Sequence record: MK817115.1
Direction: 5' to 3' (one strand)
Length of the DNA stretch: 64,000 bases
Within the stretch, counting starts at the first letter, position 1. Every line of letters begins with the position of its first letter. Positions 36,656 to 45,768 of this stretch are shown here, piece by piece. Position numbers and translations under genes: made by a program. Under the pieces are notes generated by a model. The model had not been told where the DNA came from. It made no database searches and saw only the letters and a program-made list of their open reading frames with translations.

Positions 36656-36930
36656 TATTCAACCTTATCATAAACAAGTTTGTGTGTGCTTAATACTTTG
36701 TTGTGATGTCCAGGGCATTCATATACATACAATCGCTCCTGACGTTTTTCCCAACCACCACAGATACGACCTGATTGTGTACATATTTCATACTCGTTAA
36801 TAAAAGACTTACCTGTGAATGTACAATCCTGACGAACTAAGTCTTTTGCACTAAACCTGCCGTCATCATTACATGCTGTAAGAAACATTGTACTGCACAC
36901 AATGATTCCAGACAAGAGTTTTTTAATCAT
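36655..36930 (-). CDS. Lipoprotein
   Basis: Lipobox FLTA-C. Confidence 0.7.
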   Translation of the reverse strand: MIKKLLSGIIVCSTMFLTACNDDGRFSAKDLVRQDCTFTGKSFINEYEICTQSGRICGGWEKRQERLYVYECPGHHNKVLSTHKLVYDKVE

Positions 36931-37295
36931 TTAACATCACCCCAACGGAATCCATTCATATAATTCAAATTCACCTCAACGAGTTCATTTGTTTTTGTAC
37001 ACCAAATTGATAGAGTTTTTGTAACATCACCAGGTGAACTTTCATACTTCACACAATACCCTTCAATGCGAAGAGTTTTGTTAGTCCAATGTTGCCACTC
37101 AATCCAAATTTCATTAGGATAATAAACCATATCTTCCTTGAACCTATGGTATTGATCCATCGGTAAGTGACCTTCAACTTCAATTACTTCAGCACTTCGA
37201 ACAAGTTTGTCAAGCTTGTACTTTATCTCAGCAAGATATTCTTCATCATTCAGACGAGTTAATAAATCTGCTGCACGTGTTGTATCAAGGCTCAT
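36927..37295 (-). CDS. Hypothetical protein
   Basis: 122 aa, GGAG RBS. Confidence 0.7.
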   Translation of the reverse strand: MSLDTTRAADLLTRLNDEEYLAEIKYKLDKLVRSAEVIEVEGHLPMDQYHRFKEDMVYYPNEIWIEWQHWTNKTLRIEGYCVKYESSPGDVTKTLSIWCTKTNELVEVNLNYMNGFRWGDVK

Positions 37296-37297
37296 TG

Positions 37298-37543
37298 TTA
37301 TTCTCCATGAATTACGGAAGTGTTGATTCGTGTTTTACCGCTAGTGTATCCAGTACTTGTATTTGCATTAGGACAGTACACAGTGTATAAAGTCGCACCA
37401 GCACCATCTTGTTGCATACGATAAATCTTACACCCTGCTTCTTTTAATTCAGCAGGTAGAACAAAATCACTTGTACGTTCTTTGGTAGAAGCATCACATG
37501 CAGTGAGTAGAAATGCGACGAGTACTGCTACAATGTATTTCAT
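37298..37543 (-). CDS. Lipoprotein
   Basis: MKYIVAVLVAFLLTA-C lipobox. Confidence 0.75.
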   Translation of the reverse strand: MKYIVAVLVAFLLTACDASTKERTSDFVLPAELKEAGCKIYRMQQDGAGATLYTVYCPNANTSTGYTSGKTRINTSVIHGE

Positions 37544-37851
37544 TAACGAACCTCCACTTCTTGAGAAAGAGCATGAGTCAGTGCATTTGAATTCGAACCA
37601 TTCATTTCACGCTGACATACAAACATAATGGCATCTTGTACTGAACCTGCGATTTCATACTCACGACCTTCTGGATCAGTTACCAGATGTTCAACGATAC
37701 AACCACCTCTCAGTACAGAAGCACCAGTACTTACACTAATTTTGTAACCTAAGAAATCAAACTGCATACATGCGTCAGTAGGTTTCATCCAATGACCGCT
37801 GTTTTGATTCAAATCGATGATTACAAAACCTTGAGTGTTAGTTTGAAACAT
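37543..37851 (-). CDS. Hypothetical protein
   Basis: 102 aa, GAGG RBS. Confidence 0.7.
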   Translation of the reverse strand: MFQTNTQGFVIIDLNQNSGHWMKPTDACMQFDFLGYKISVSTGASVLRGGCIVEHLVTDPEGREYEIAGSVQDAIMFVCQREMNGSNSNALTHALSQEVEVR

Positions 37852-37944
37852 AGTTAATTCCTCATTTAATTTAAAAGGGCGGGAACGCAGTGACGAGTAC
37901 GATTATGCTGTCTTTCCTTTCACTGCATTCCCTTTGATATAAAC

Positions 37945-37973
37945 ATTATACTGCTATTATTCAGTACTGTCAA
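37945..37973 (-). promoter_or_regulatory. sigma70 promoter with CAGTACTG overlapping the -35
   Basis: TTGACA-GTACTGAATAATAGCAG-TATAAT. Confidence 0.75.
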
Positions 37974-38263
37974 TCGATATAAGTACCTTTTTTAACATCA
38001 CAGACTTCTTCCATCCAATGTGGATTTTCGTTTTTATCAGTGAAGATTTGTTCTGCTTCTTCTTTTGTTTCAGCTAGGACAATACGATCCCCTTCATCCA
38101 AATCACGGATACGATACACTTTCAGTTCTTGTTTCTTCTCAAGGATATTACACAGTTCACGTGCTTTTTCTTCATCGCACTTCCCTTCATTAGCATAAAA
38201 CCAAATTGCTTTTTTAATAAGGTCACGTTCTTCTTTAGAAAAAGACATAATATTTCCTATCAT
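37970..38263 (-). CDS. Hypothetical protein
   Basis: 97 aa. Confidence 0.65.
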   Translation of the reverse strand: MIGNIMSFSKEERDLIKKAIWFYANEGKCDEEKARELCNILEKKQELKVYRIRDLDEGDRIVLAETKEEAEQIFTDKNENPHWMEEVCDVKKGTYID

Positions 38264-38293
38264 TTGTTAAAGTGGATTTCGTTTGATATAAAC

Positions 38294-38321
38294 ATTATAC
38301 AGTACTGATATCTTCTGTCAA
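38294..38321 (-). promoter_or_regulatory. sigma70 promoter with CAGTACTG in the spacer
   Basis: TTGACA-GAAGATATCAGTACTG-TATAAT. Confidence 0.75.
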
Positions 38322-38418
38322 GTATTAATCATCAAAAATCATCATATACCCAAAGCAAGCAACACAGATGACTAAAACTAACAATACCAACGATAGCCTC
38401 TAACATCATTTTATATCC

Positions 38419-38619
38419 TTAATCGATAATTTTATATTCACGATGACCATAGAAGCCAGCCTCAAGGATGCGATTACCATCAGCATCTTCCAAGTCCCAA
38501 CCACGGGATGTTTCGGCAATAATAGTCATGATGTGACCTCTTGGGAAAATCCCACTCAGAGTGGATACATCCTCAAGTAATTGAACTTTCTTTCCAACAT
38601 TGGAATTCGGTTTAAACAT
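38419..38619 (-). CDS. Hypothetical protein
   Basis: Start MFKPNS. Confidence 0.65.
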   Translation of the reverse strand: MFKPNSNVGKKVQLLEDVSTLSGIFPRGHIMTIIAETSRGWDLEDADGNRILEAGFYGHREYKIID

Positions 38620-38629
38620 TTTATGGCCC

Positions 38630-38812
38630 TTATTCATTGATCACATCAAGTACTTTATCCAGCTTTTTACCAATGCTTTCCTTTGGTTTCTCACCATTCT
38701 GGAATACATTAGAACTGCAATACTCAGGACGCGTATTAGGAAACTTCTCGTTCATCCAGGAGTGACCGTAAACACCCAGCATGATGCCAACAATAAGAAT
38801 GATAATTTGCAT
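38630..38812 (-). CDS. Small protein with N-terminal TM
   Basis: 60 aa, GAGG RBS. Confidence 0.6.
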   Translation of the reverse strand: MQIIILIVGIMLGVYGHSWMNEKFPNTRPEYCSSNVFQNGEKPKESIGKKLDKVLDVINE

Positions 38813-38827
38813 GATAATTTCCTCTGA

Positions 38828-39616
38828 TTAAATGTTAGTAGTATAGTACTTGATTTCGTGTTGAATTGCAAGTTCTATTTGTTTATTGAAAAGAATTCCA
38901 AACTCTTTGATTGATTCACAATCGAATTCAATAGAAAAAGTATACTCTGGTACACGTACATTGTCAATACCCAAATACTCTTTTATGTAAATTTTAATGA
39001 GTTCACATAGTGCAGTACTAAGACATTGAATTTCAAAATGTTTTGCACCTTTGTCAAAATACTTGAATGCATCAATATCACCTACAATAAAACTATTCTT
39101 TAATGTAGTGAATAGGTTCTCAGGAAACACGGTAATAGGTGACATTGATTTAAGAATGTATGTATCTTTGGCATTCTTAATGTACTCAATGAAGCAGTAG
39201 TTGACGTCAGGCTCGATTGAACGATCCGCGTTATGATACCAGTGTTTAAACTCACTGTATTCAGCAAACTTATGCTGGCGTAATGCGTTACAATCTTCAC
39301 ACAGTGCAGTCATGTTCTCTTTATCATTACCGCCCTGAAGACAGTCCAGTACATTATGGTCTAACGTCATGCGTACAAGGCGTTTCCCTTTAAGTACATA
39401 AGGTCTGAATTTATAACGTTCTTTAGTACTGTGCTTGTGTAAAGTGAATACTACATTTGATTCACCACAACAATCACATTTAAAGCCATCACGTGACATT
39501 ACATGAATGAGTTTGCGTGTGTTCGGTCCAAACTCAGATTTAGTAATGTTATCCACAATTTCTGATGGTTGGTAATATTTTGAATTCCGTTGAATCAGTT
39601 CATCGATAGTGCTCAT
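38828..39616 (-). CDS. HNH endonuclease domain protein
   Basis: RDGFKCDCCG...TLDH...GG....NM..LCEDCN. Confidence 0.75.
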   Translation of the reverse strand: MSTIDELIQRNSKYYQPSEIVDNITKSEFGPNTRKLIHVMSRDGFKCDCCGESNVVFTLHKHSTKERYKFRPYVLKGKRLVRMTLDHNVLDCLQGGNDKENMTALCEDCNALRQHKFAEYSEFKHWYHNADRSIEPDVNYCFIEYIKNAKDTYILKSMSPITVFPENLFTTLKNSFIVGDIDAFKYFDKGAKHFEIQCLSTALCELIKIYIKEYLGIDNVRVPEYTFSIEFDCESIKEFGILFNKQIELAIQHEIKYYTTNI

Positions 39617-39847
39617 TTACATTATTCCTTCTATGCAACAACCAAGAATTACTTTTTTAACTTCAACAACTCGTACCAAATAGAATCCATTTGAAAAGTT
39701 AAAACTATACATTTGTACTAAGGCATCTGCTTCAGATTTCGCACGGATACATGATAGATAAATTTCACGTATATCACCATCTAACGATACTTGTTTCTCT
39801 GCATCGATGACAATAGAACGAATCTCAAAACGAACACCATAACTCAT
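39617..39847 (-). CDS. Hypothetical protein
   Basis: 76 aa, coupled. Confidence 0.65.
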   Translation of the reverse strand: MSYGVRFEIRSIVIDAEKQVSLDGDIREIYLSCIRAKSEADALVQMYSFNFSNGFYLVRVVEVKKVILGCCIEGIM

Positions 39848-40053
39848 TGAGTTTGTCCTACAATAAGCTTTGTGTTAGTATTACTATTGTAACACCACAT
39901 TTGTTCTTTATTAACTGTAATCCAAATATCTTTGTTTACTTGTTCGTATGTACTATCACGTACTGCTATGCATTGATTCATGGAATTCATTGGGGTTATT
40001 TGTATACCGGAATTAACAGAGAAAGCGACTACTAAAAAGATTACTGAATTCAT
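39844..40053 (-). CDS. Hypothetical protein
   Basis: 69 aa, AAGGA RBS. Confidence 0.65.
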   Translation of the reverse strand: MNSVIFLVVAFSVNSGIQITPMNSMNQCIAVRDSTYEQVNKDIWITVNKEQMWCYNSNTNTKLIVGQTQ

Positions 40054-40117
40054 TGGATATTCCTTAATGGTTAATCATCCATCTCTTCGAGATGTCTGTT
40101 CGCTTCTAATACTACGT

Positions 40118-40146
40118 ATTCTACGCGAATGATTAATAACTGTCAA
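40118..40146 (-). promoter_or_regulatory. sigma70 promoter
   Basis: TTGACA-17nt-TAGAAT. Confidence 0.7.
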
Positions 40147-40149
40147 GGA

Positions 40150-40635
40150 CTTTTAATATTGACGGGATTTGAGGAAGGGATTTTTCTTCCCCCCACAAGG
40201 AGGGAAATTTGACGCTGATGGTATCAGAGCTATTGCATTGAAGATTACTCATAACGAGTGCGAAAGCGGGTCATCCTGTTTCTCTCTACTTCAGTTTCAT
40301 ATGACGGTCTACACTTTTAAACATAGTGTATCTTCATTAAGTATCTATGCAATCAAATACTTAATGTGAGTACTCAAATTTTGGACGCAACTTTCCTGTA
40401 CAAAATTCGATAACTCTCCCTTAGATAATTCGTAAGGTGTTATCCTTATATGTCTATCAAGGAACCACCAGCTATCCTAACGTGGTTCTTTATACAGCCG
40501 CATTGCCGTGAGGGGTTCAAACTATGCCCACATCTAACGGGTTTCTTTTGCTGTTCGCACTGTCGGACTGCTCAACTGCCCTCTACGTTTTCGAGTGGAT
40601 CAGGTACATGAATATCATGCCAACAGAATTGTACA
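40150..40635 (-). ncRNA. Candidate large structured non-coding RNA (~480 nt)
   Basis: No credible ORF, higher G+C than neighbours, several hairpins, extended -10 (TGA-TATAAT) just upstream. Confidence 0.45.
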
Positions 40636-40670
40636 AGATAATTATATCACAAACTTTTACTTCATCCCAT

Positions 40671-40695
40671 AAAAAAAGGTTGGCATAAGCCAACC
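40671..40695 (-). terminator. Intrinsic terminator after the sigma gene
   Basis: GGTTGGC-TTAT-GCCAACC-T7. Confidence 0.8.
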
Positions 40696-40703
40696 CTTGT
40701 TCT

Positions 40704-41669
40704 TTAGAAATCTTCGTATTCGTACCCTTTTGCAAGTACTAACTTCTTAAGCTTTTGCATAGCTTCACTGTACTTTCGGTGTATTGATGAACGGGATTTA
40801 ACATATTTTCCATTATCATCAACAAAACCATTATCAGCAATCTCACGAAGCGTTTCAGGTTCATATTCACCTAGACCATGAACACGCTGGATAATCTCAC
40901 GTTCTTTAGTACTCAATTCGTTAGTTAGTTCATTGATAGCATAACGTAAAGGTGCACGGATACTATCAACATTGAGGTTAAAATCAGAAGCAGGTGAATG
41001 AATAATGTCACCTAATGTACCATCTGTAACACCGTCTAATGGTGCATCCAGTGAAGTGTATTCGCTTTGAAATAATAAACAATTATTAACATGCTGAATC
41101 TCAATCCCAGTACCCTCTGAGATTATTTCAGGTGTTGGGCGAACACCATGTTTACGCATATATTCCTGGCAGAATCTTTTTACTTTGATCTTATGAACAC
41201 TCATATAACGTGGGAAGTGTACCATATAGTTAGCGTCAGAACTTTCGTTATAAACTGTCATGTAAATACTAGAAGAAGCATAGGTAATGAACTTCACATT
41301 CTTATTAAGATCAAAGGTTTTTAGTGCTCTCATGAACCCCTCAACACCATATGAAATCTTATCTTCAAATGGGATATAACAAGTACATTTACTTGCTACA
41401 TCAATAATAAGTCCATAATTGTAACGAACTAACAGTTCAGTGTTTTTCTTTACATTGATACCAGCTTGAATATCACGAATTAGATCTTCATTGGAAACAT
41501 TTGGTGGTCGCTTAAGTGTAATATTATATTTGAAACTGCTTTGTACTTTACCTTCATTTTCATCTTTATCTTCAACGAAATCTAAGGCTTCTAGTGTGTT
41601 GACTTCTTCATTAGCAAAACATTCATCCAGAACTTCTTCGGCAATTGTATTTAAATCAAGCTTTTTCAC
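40704..41669 (-). CDS. sigma70-family RNA polymerase sigma factor (RpoD/RpoS-like regions 2-4, divergent)
   Basis: LVRYNYGLII..A; GFMRALKTFD...KFITYA; RPTPEII; SLDAPL; LSTKEREII..HGL..ETLREIA; GTG start with AGGAG. Confidence 0.88.
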   Translation of the reverse strand: MKKLDLNTIAEEVLDECFANEEVNTLEALDFVEDKDENEGKVQSSFKYNITLKRPPNVSNEDLIRDIQAGINVKKNTELLVRYNYGLIIDVASKCTCYIPFEDKISYGVEGFMRALKTFDLNKNVKFITYASSSIYMTVYNESSDANYMVHFPRYMSVHKIKVKRFCQEYMRKHGVRPTPEIISEGTGIEIQHVNNCLLFQSEYTSLDAPLDGVTDGTLGDIIHSPASDFNLNVDSIRAPLRYAINELTNELSTKEREIIQRVHGLGEYEPETLREIADNGFVDDNGKYVKSRSSIHRKYSEAMQKLKKLVLAKGYEYEDF

Positions 41670-41690
41670 TTACATCTCCTAATGACGAAA

Positions 41691-42188
41691 TCAAAATCGA
41701 TATACATTAATATTATCATCTGTGAAGCAATCATGGTTATGCACATCCATGAAAGTACTAAACACTTTATCATATAAAGTTGTATGTTCTTCATGAATAG
41801 CAGCATCTAGCATGTATTCTCCACCACTTCCCATAAAGAAAGTGTAGTCTTCATGTAGATATTCAAGTTTTTTAATAAACTTTCCTTTAGTTAAAATCAT
41901 ATGAATAACATAATCTTTAGAAAGAAGCACACAATGGCAACTTAACTTTCTGTCAGGTATAACTGGTACTTTATTAATTAACCAATCCAGTACTTTATCA
42001 ATTTCACTTACTGACCCACTAGCACTGAATAAACGGTCATGTACATATAAAGTTTTTTGATTAACAACTCCATATTGATATTTTGGTCTTAGTGGGAAAA
42101 AACCAAATAAGTTTCGTGGTATAGTTGACGTAACTCTAGAATCGGTAATCAATAAATTTAATCGTTTATCAATATAAACAGTTGTCAT
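41691..42188 (-). CDS. Ntn-hydrolase (HslV/proteasome-beta-like) protein
   Basis: N-terminal MTTV, ITDSRVT, SASGS, MGSGGEY. Confidence 0.55.
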   Translation of the reverse strand: MTTVYIDKRLNLLITDSRVTSTIPRNLFGFFPLRPKYQYGVVNQKTLYVHDRLFSASGSVSEIDKVLDWLINKVPVIPDRKLSCHCVLLSKDYVIHMILTKGKFIKKLEYLHEDYTFFMGSGGEYMLDAAIHEEHTTLYDKVFSTFMDVHNHDCFTDDNINVYRF

Positions 42189-42189
42189 A

Positions 42190-42609
42190 TTAAACCTTAT
42201 CTAAGAATTTATCGTATATATAAAATTCTTTATCGGTGAATACATTAATTCTAGTATCGAATCTTTGCATCGTGTTCATATACAATGAACTTTTTAAATA
42301 AAAATACAAAGCAACAAATTCTGATATATGCATATTCTTTTTATTGTTACATAAATTCTTTAGCATTTTGATGCTATCAAATTCTTCTTTATCAAATCTG
42401 TACTGGTAAAAATTGTATCTATTGGATCGGCACTCATAGATACGAAGTGCCATTATATCAATACATTCTTTAGATTTACAGTACTTATTCAATACGTCAT
42501 AATCACCCGTACATAATGCTACAAAGATTTTATGTGCAAGCGTAGCTTTGCCCTCAATCGTATAATAGCCAAAAAATTTAATGATTAAGTACTGAATGAA
42601 TGTAATCAT
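42190..42609 (-). CDS. Hypothetical protein
   Basis: 139 aa. Confidence 0.65.
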   Translation of the reverse strand: MITFIQYLIIKFFGYYTIEGKATLAHKIFVALCTGDYDVLNKYCKSKECIDIMALRIYECRSNRYNFYQYRFDKEEFDSIKMLKNLCNNKKNMHISEFVALYFYLKSSLYMNTMQRFDTRINVFTDKEFYIYDKFLDKV

Positions 42610-42614
42610 TTGAT

Positions 42615-42875
42615 TTAGAATTTCTCCGAAATTACTAGAGTGTCATCATAATCTTCTGCAATCTCATGAAGAACTTTTAAGTTACTTTCACCAGAAACGC
42701 TTTGTACTTCGTTCAAAAGATAGTTTAGATCAACTTTAGTTACTTTTTCTGAATCAAATACACAGAAAGTCAATTCAGCGTTTGGACAGATCTTCTTCAG
42801 ATTATCAGCAACAACTTGTTTGAAGTTGAAAGATGGGGAAGCAACCAGGTTAACTGCAACGAGAATAGATTTCAT
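42615..42875 (-). CDS. Hypothetical protein
   Basis: 86 aa, AAGGA RBS. Confidence 0.65.
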   Translation of the reverse strand: MKSILVAVNLVASPSFNFKQVVADNLKKICPNAELTFCVFDSEKVTKVDLNYLLNEVQSVSGESNLKVLHEIAEDYDDTLVISEKF

Positions 42876-42949
42876 AATGTTTTCCTTTTTAGCTGATAAT
42901 TAAATTAGGAGCACATTGTACTCCATATTATTTGTTATGTAAAATACTT

Positions 42950-43201
42950 TTAGATACCAAGTGCAGTAGATAACTCTTTACGTTTGTTATATGAATCAGA
43001 TTCAATCTTACTTTTCTTGTTGAAAAGGGATTCAATATCCTTATAGATTGCTTCGATAGATTTAGTTACTACCCATTCTGATTCTTGAAGCATACCTTGG
43101 AGTCGTGCGTACTCAACTTTGATAGTACTGCGAAGTTCTTCACAAACTTCTTCATTCTTAATTAGTGCAGCACTAAGTTCTTTGACCTTATCGATGTTCA
43201 T
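42950..43201 (-). CDS. Coiled-coil hypothetical protein
   Basis: 83 aa; TTGACA-17nt-TATAAT promoter at about 43237-43265. Confidence 0.7.
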   Translation of the reverse strand: MNIDKVKELSAALIKNEEVCEELRSTIKVEYARLQGMLQESEWVVTKSIEAIYKDIESLFNKKSKIESDSYNKRKELSTALGI

Positions 43202-43260
43202 AAGTTCCTTACTCTAATTTGTTTTTAACAAAATAATTATATATAACATACTAAATTATG

Positions 43261-43686
43261 TCAAGTATTTTTAGTACCTTCTTCTGCCATTTTTGTGATA
43301 TACCAATTAAGTACTGATTTGTGTACCATAAAAAATGTGAATGCAAATATAGCAATAGCTGCTGATGTAACACTATTAGATAATGACCCAAGTTGGATGT
43401 TAGTACCTAAAATAACAATAAATGGATACAACACAATCAATCTACTGTAAGGTTCGTCTCCAGTATCACGGAGAAATCCAAGCCTTTCATGATCAGTATC
43501 CATAGTGACAATTGGACAGAACATAAGTGCAGACATAAGAGCAATACCAATTTGTGCTACATTGGAAATTGTAAACCACAAAGGATTTAAACCATATGAA
43601 ATATTATTTTCTGTACAGTAGTAACCAAACGAATTGAATGCACAAACTAAAAATACAAAAATACAAATCTTATTATAGCCTCTCAT
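43261..43686 (-). CDS. 4-TM membrane protein
   Basis: 141 aa, hydrophobic. Confidence 0.7.
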   Translation of the reverse strand: MRGYNKICIFVFLVCAFNSFGYYCTENNISYGLNPLWFTISNVAQIGIALMSALMFCPIVTMDTDHERLGFLRDTGDEPYSRLIVLYPFIVILGTNIQLGSLSNSVTSAAIAIFAFTFFMVHKSVLNWYITKMAEEGTKNT

Positions 43687-44105
43687 TTGTTTAGCTCCGT
43701 TAATTTTCGTTTAACTTCTAGATCATGAAACTCATCGGCATATGAGTTTTGAACAGTTCTGATGTATTCCAACATAACAAACATAGTTCCACATACCCAT
43801 AGATATGTATAGTAATCAAATACAAATGCATATAACATACACGGTACTAAAATGAAAGTGTAAACAAAACTATATCGTGTAGTTCCAAATACTTTCAGAT
43901 ATAACAAACGTCGATAATCACGGGCAAATGTATTGATGCACACTGAAAATGTAATTAATGTATACCATGAAATACCCTGAATTAAACCTGAAACATTTAC
44001 AAGTTTATGTTCATCGGAAAACCCCAGTGCATTTAGCACTGGAGCCATAACCCAACCAATAATACTAATAAGAAAAAGATATTTTGCATTACTTAGTGTG
44101 AACAT
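43683..44105 (-). CDS. 4-TM membrane protein
   Basis: 140 aa, hydrophobic, similar layout to 43261. Confidence 0.7.
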   Translation of the reverse strand: MFTLSNAKYLFLISIIGWVMAPVLNALGFSDEHKLVNVSGLIQGISWYTLITFSVCINTFARDYRRLLYLKVFGTTRYSFVYTFILVPCMLYAFVFDYYTYLWVCGTMFVMLEYIRTVQNSYADEFHDLEVKRKLTELNK

Positions 44106-44106
44106 A

Positions 44107-44565
44107 TTACTTTAGTCCCCATGCTTTTTTGATTGCATCAACAGAGTTTTGGTCCACTACTTCCTTTTTTTCTGATGTAGTTTGAAGTTTATTAATTACA
44201 TATTCCTTTGCATCTTTTTCTATCATAAATTTACCATCAACCAACACACCAAAAACTTTAGAATTTCGGGCTGGATATGGATTAATTTCATCAAGAGTAC
44301 GGACTTTCTTATCAACTATAATGGCTTTGATGTAACCAGTTTCAAGTACTGTTGTAATCACAGTCATTTCAATTGCAACTGGTGAATCCTCCCAATATGC
44401 AATCCATTTAGTAAAGCTACGATCAGGTGAATCCTTTGTGCATTTTAATTTAATTGCACTATTAAAAATGTATTGTTTAAAATTGTCATCGACAACTTCA
44501 CTAATACTAAAATAACCTTCACGCTCTTCAACATTACGTTTGAAATTTGTAGCTAATACATCCAT
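44107..44565 (-). CDS. Hypothetical protein
   Basis: 152 aa. Confidence 0.7.
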   Translation of the reverse strand: MDVLATNFKRNVEEREGYFSISEVVDDNFKQYIFNSAIKLKCTKDSPDRSFTKWIAYWEDSPVAIEMTVITTVLETGYIKAIIVDKKVRTLDEINPYPARNSKVFGVLVDGKFMIEKDAKEYVINKLQTTSEKKEVVDQNSVDAIKKAWGLK

Positions 44566-44606
44566 TTTCCATCCCCCTTGGGTTACTTGGTGTGTTAATT
44601 ATAATA

Positions 44607-45083
44607 CTAAGAATCTTTGTTGTCAAACTTTTCCCTCAAATATTTTTCTATTAATCTAATTTGTGTTGGTGGTAAGATAAAGTAATCGTACATAGATTTA
44701 CTACCATGTATCGAACAACCTACACTAATACTATAATCATATGGATATAAGTATATTGGGTCTTGTATATCAGGTATGAAAACTATTCTTGGTATATTAC
44801 CATTTCCTATTCTTACTTGGACGTTATCATTATTATTAAGATAATTTCTTATACAGTACTCAATTATACCATTTACTTTAGAATCATAACCATAATTTTT
44901 ATATTCAGGAAAAATGAAATAGCGTTCATGGTATAGATATGAGCATAGTAACGCTGGGAAAAAATTCCAAAATCCTTCATGTTTTGCAATTGTTTGTGCA
45001 TATTTAAAATGATTAGCATTACTAAAAATATTATACAGCACAAAATACACAAATGGACTTACCAACAACACTATTGTTAACAT
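44607..45083 (-). CDS. Membrane-anchored hypothetical protein
   Basis: N-terminal TM; layout like 59893..60399. Confidence 0.65.
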   Translation of the reverse strand: MLTIVLLVSPFVYFVLYNIFSNANHFKYAQTIAKHEGFWNFFPALLCSYLYHERYFIFPEYKNYGYDSKVNGIIEYCIRNYLNNNDNVQVRIGNGNIPRIVFIPDIQDPIYLYPYDYSISVGCSIHGSKSMYDYFILPPTQIRLIEKYLREKFDNKDS

Positions 45084-45544
45084 CAGAAGCCTCTGTATTT
45101 TTCATACACTTCAACGCATTCCATGATTTTGTCATCGTCCATCATATCATAGCCTTGTAGAAATTCTTCTTTATCAACCTTCCCTGCCATCATATCTGTG
45201 TCAGAAATTCTGGAGTCATAGAAGTAATACATATCTTTATAGTACTGTTTTTTGTGCTGCTCAATCTTTACTTTAGCATATCCAGCACAAAATGAAGGAG
45301 ATTTAACAACTTCCCATTTATGCTTCTTGATGGGTTTATCATTAGCATGTTTTTCCCTGTATGTCTGACGATAACGTTCACGCATTTCAGGCATGTATTC
45401 TTCAGCAGTACGTTTAGGGGGAGTTTTACCAGTCCCAATAGTTTTAATAGTTTGACGTTGTTCTTCTGCGTGTACTGGGGAAATGAAACATGATGTACCA
45501 AACAGTACTGCTACGATAACCATAAAATTCTTAAACATAATCAA
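45083..45544 (-). CDS. Exported protein
   Basis: Signal peptide ending PVHA-EE. Confidence 0.65.
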   Translation of the reverse strand: MIMFKNFMVIVAVLFGTSCFISPVHAEEQRQTIKTIGTGKTPPKRTAEEYMPEMRERYRQTYREKHANDKPIKKHKWEVVKSPSFCAGYAKVKIEQHKKQYYKDMYYFYDSRISDTDMMAGKVDKEEFLQGYDMMDDDKIMECVEVYEKYRGF

Positions 45545-45768
45545 ACCTCTTTTACAATAATATCGATTGATACTGGAATTGCAATTTCACTATTACATGA
45601 ATATACATCAGCACAGTACTCAATATCTAGTACTTTATAATATTTCTCAAAACCACAAATGGTAAGATTCAACGTTGACCCAACTGCTGGGAGTACAGGA
45701 AATGATAAGAACGCAATTTTAGAATGAAATTCTTCATTGATATCTTGATATACAGTTGCAGTAATCAC
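45541..45768 (-). CDS. Hypothetical protein
   Basis: 75 aa, coupled. Confidence 0.65.
   Translation of the reverse strand: MITATVYQDINEEFHSKIAFLSFPVLPAVGSTLNLTICGFEKYYKVLDIEYCADVYSCNSEIAIPVSIDIIVKEV

Noticed and set aside
40150-40635. Group I/II intron or IS200/605-associated RNA, and ORF 40169..40369
   Set aside because: No interrupted host gene, I could not place the conserved core motifs, and there is no adjacent tnpB/iscB; the ORF is antisense to the local genes and lacks an RBS
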